64,000 nucleotides of DNA, taken from positions 36,394,001-36,458,000 of the forward strand of contig NC_043013.1 in NCBI RefSeq assembly GCF_006345805.1. Direction: 5' to 3'. Below are positions 63,478 through 64,000 of this stretch, piece by piece. The position numbers and the translations under genes were made by a program. Position 1 is the stretch's first letter, and each line of letters opens with the position of its first letter. Origin of the DNA: Octopus sinensis (taxonomy: Eukaryota). The notes under the pieces are model-generated. The model worked only from the letters and a program-made list of their open reading frames with translations. It was not told where the DNA came from and did no database searches.

Positions 63478-64000
63478 ATATATGGTGTGTGTGTGTGTAT
63501 ATATATATATGTATGTATGTATGTATGATCTTATGAATGAAATAGTTTGGTAAAACAAAATTCAAGTCCCTAATTAAATTGCCATTCAATATTTATGTCT
63601 TTCTTCAATTTTCTTTCTTTTTCATGTTATTATTTTTGTTGTTATTGTTGTTGTTGTTTATTCATTTTTGTTGGTTAATCTCTAGGAGGTCGTTTGGTTA
63701 GTGTCTCATTTCATCTCGCCCCCCCAACACATATACATACATACATACACACACAAGCACACACCACATATGCGCATAGGCTCCTACACATACACACATA
63801 CCTGCAAACACTCACACTGTTTTCTTCCCCCTTCCCTTCTCTTAACCGACCAACCGTCTTTCACACCCATTACACACATTACACACACACACAAACACGC
63901 AGGTACATATACTCAAAGACACATACATACTCCATTATCAGTGTTTTGACAGAATGGTGTAATGAGAGTGAAACTTCCACTATTACCATTTTAATATCAG

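Overview
A gene-poor, AT-rich, microsatellite-saturated eukaryotic window. Its repeat content is typical of an octopod cephalopod genome (inferred from repeat families recognised from memory, not from a search). No host protein-coding gene can be supported: nearly all listed ORFs are translations of (TA)n, (CA)n, (GAT)n or (CAC)n tracts. Recognisable content: (i) many copies of at least four tRNA-headed SINE families; (ii) 5'-truncated or decayed RTE LINE pieces, plus HERO-like, R4/Dong-like and probable Penelope GIY-YIG remnants; (iii) decayed Tc1/mariner transposase pieces, a piggyBac-type MITE, a Helentron-like non-autonomous element and palindromic MITEs; (iv) a ~370-bp 28S rRNA fragment inside a recent inverted-duplication rearrangement; (v) a ~1-kb tandem duplication; (vi) a 100-N gap. 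The most interesting signal is at least six unrelated families of short non-coding elements, mostly sitting in (TA)n tracts. Each folds into a minimal type I hammerhead ribozyme (stem I - CUGANGA-like core - stem II - GAAA - palindromic mini stem III - UH - stem I). They include a U3-A8 covariant core, a family with a fixed A6U change, a copy in a 146-bp palindrome and a copy fused to a tRNA-derived Pol III head. This looks like a Penelope-dependent, retrozyme-like mini-element system. All folds were read by eye; no activity is demonstrated.
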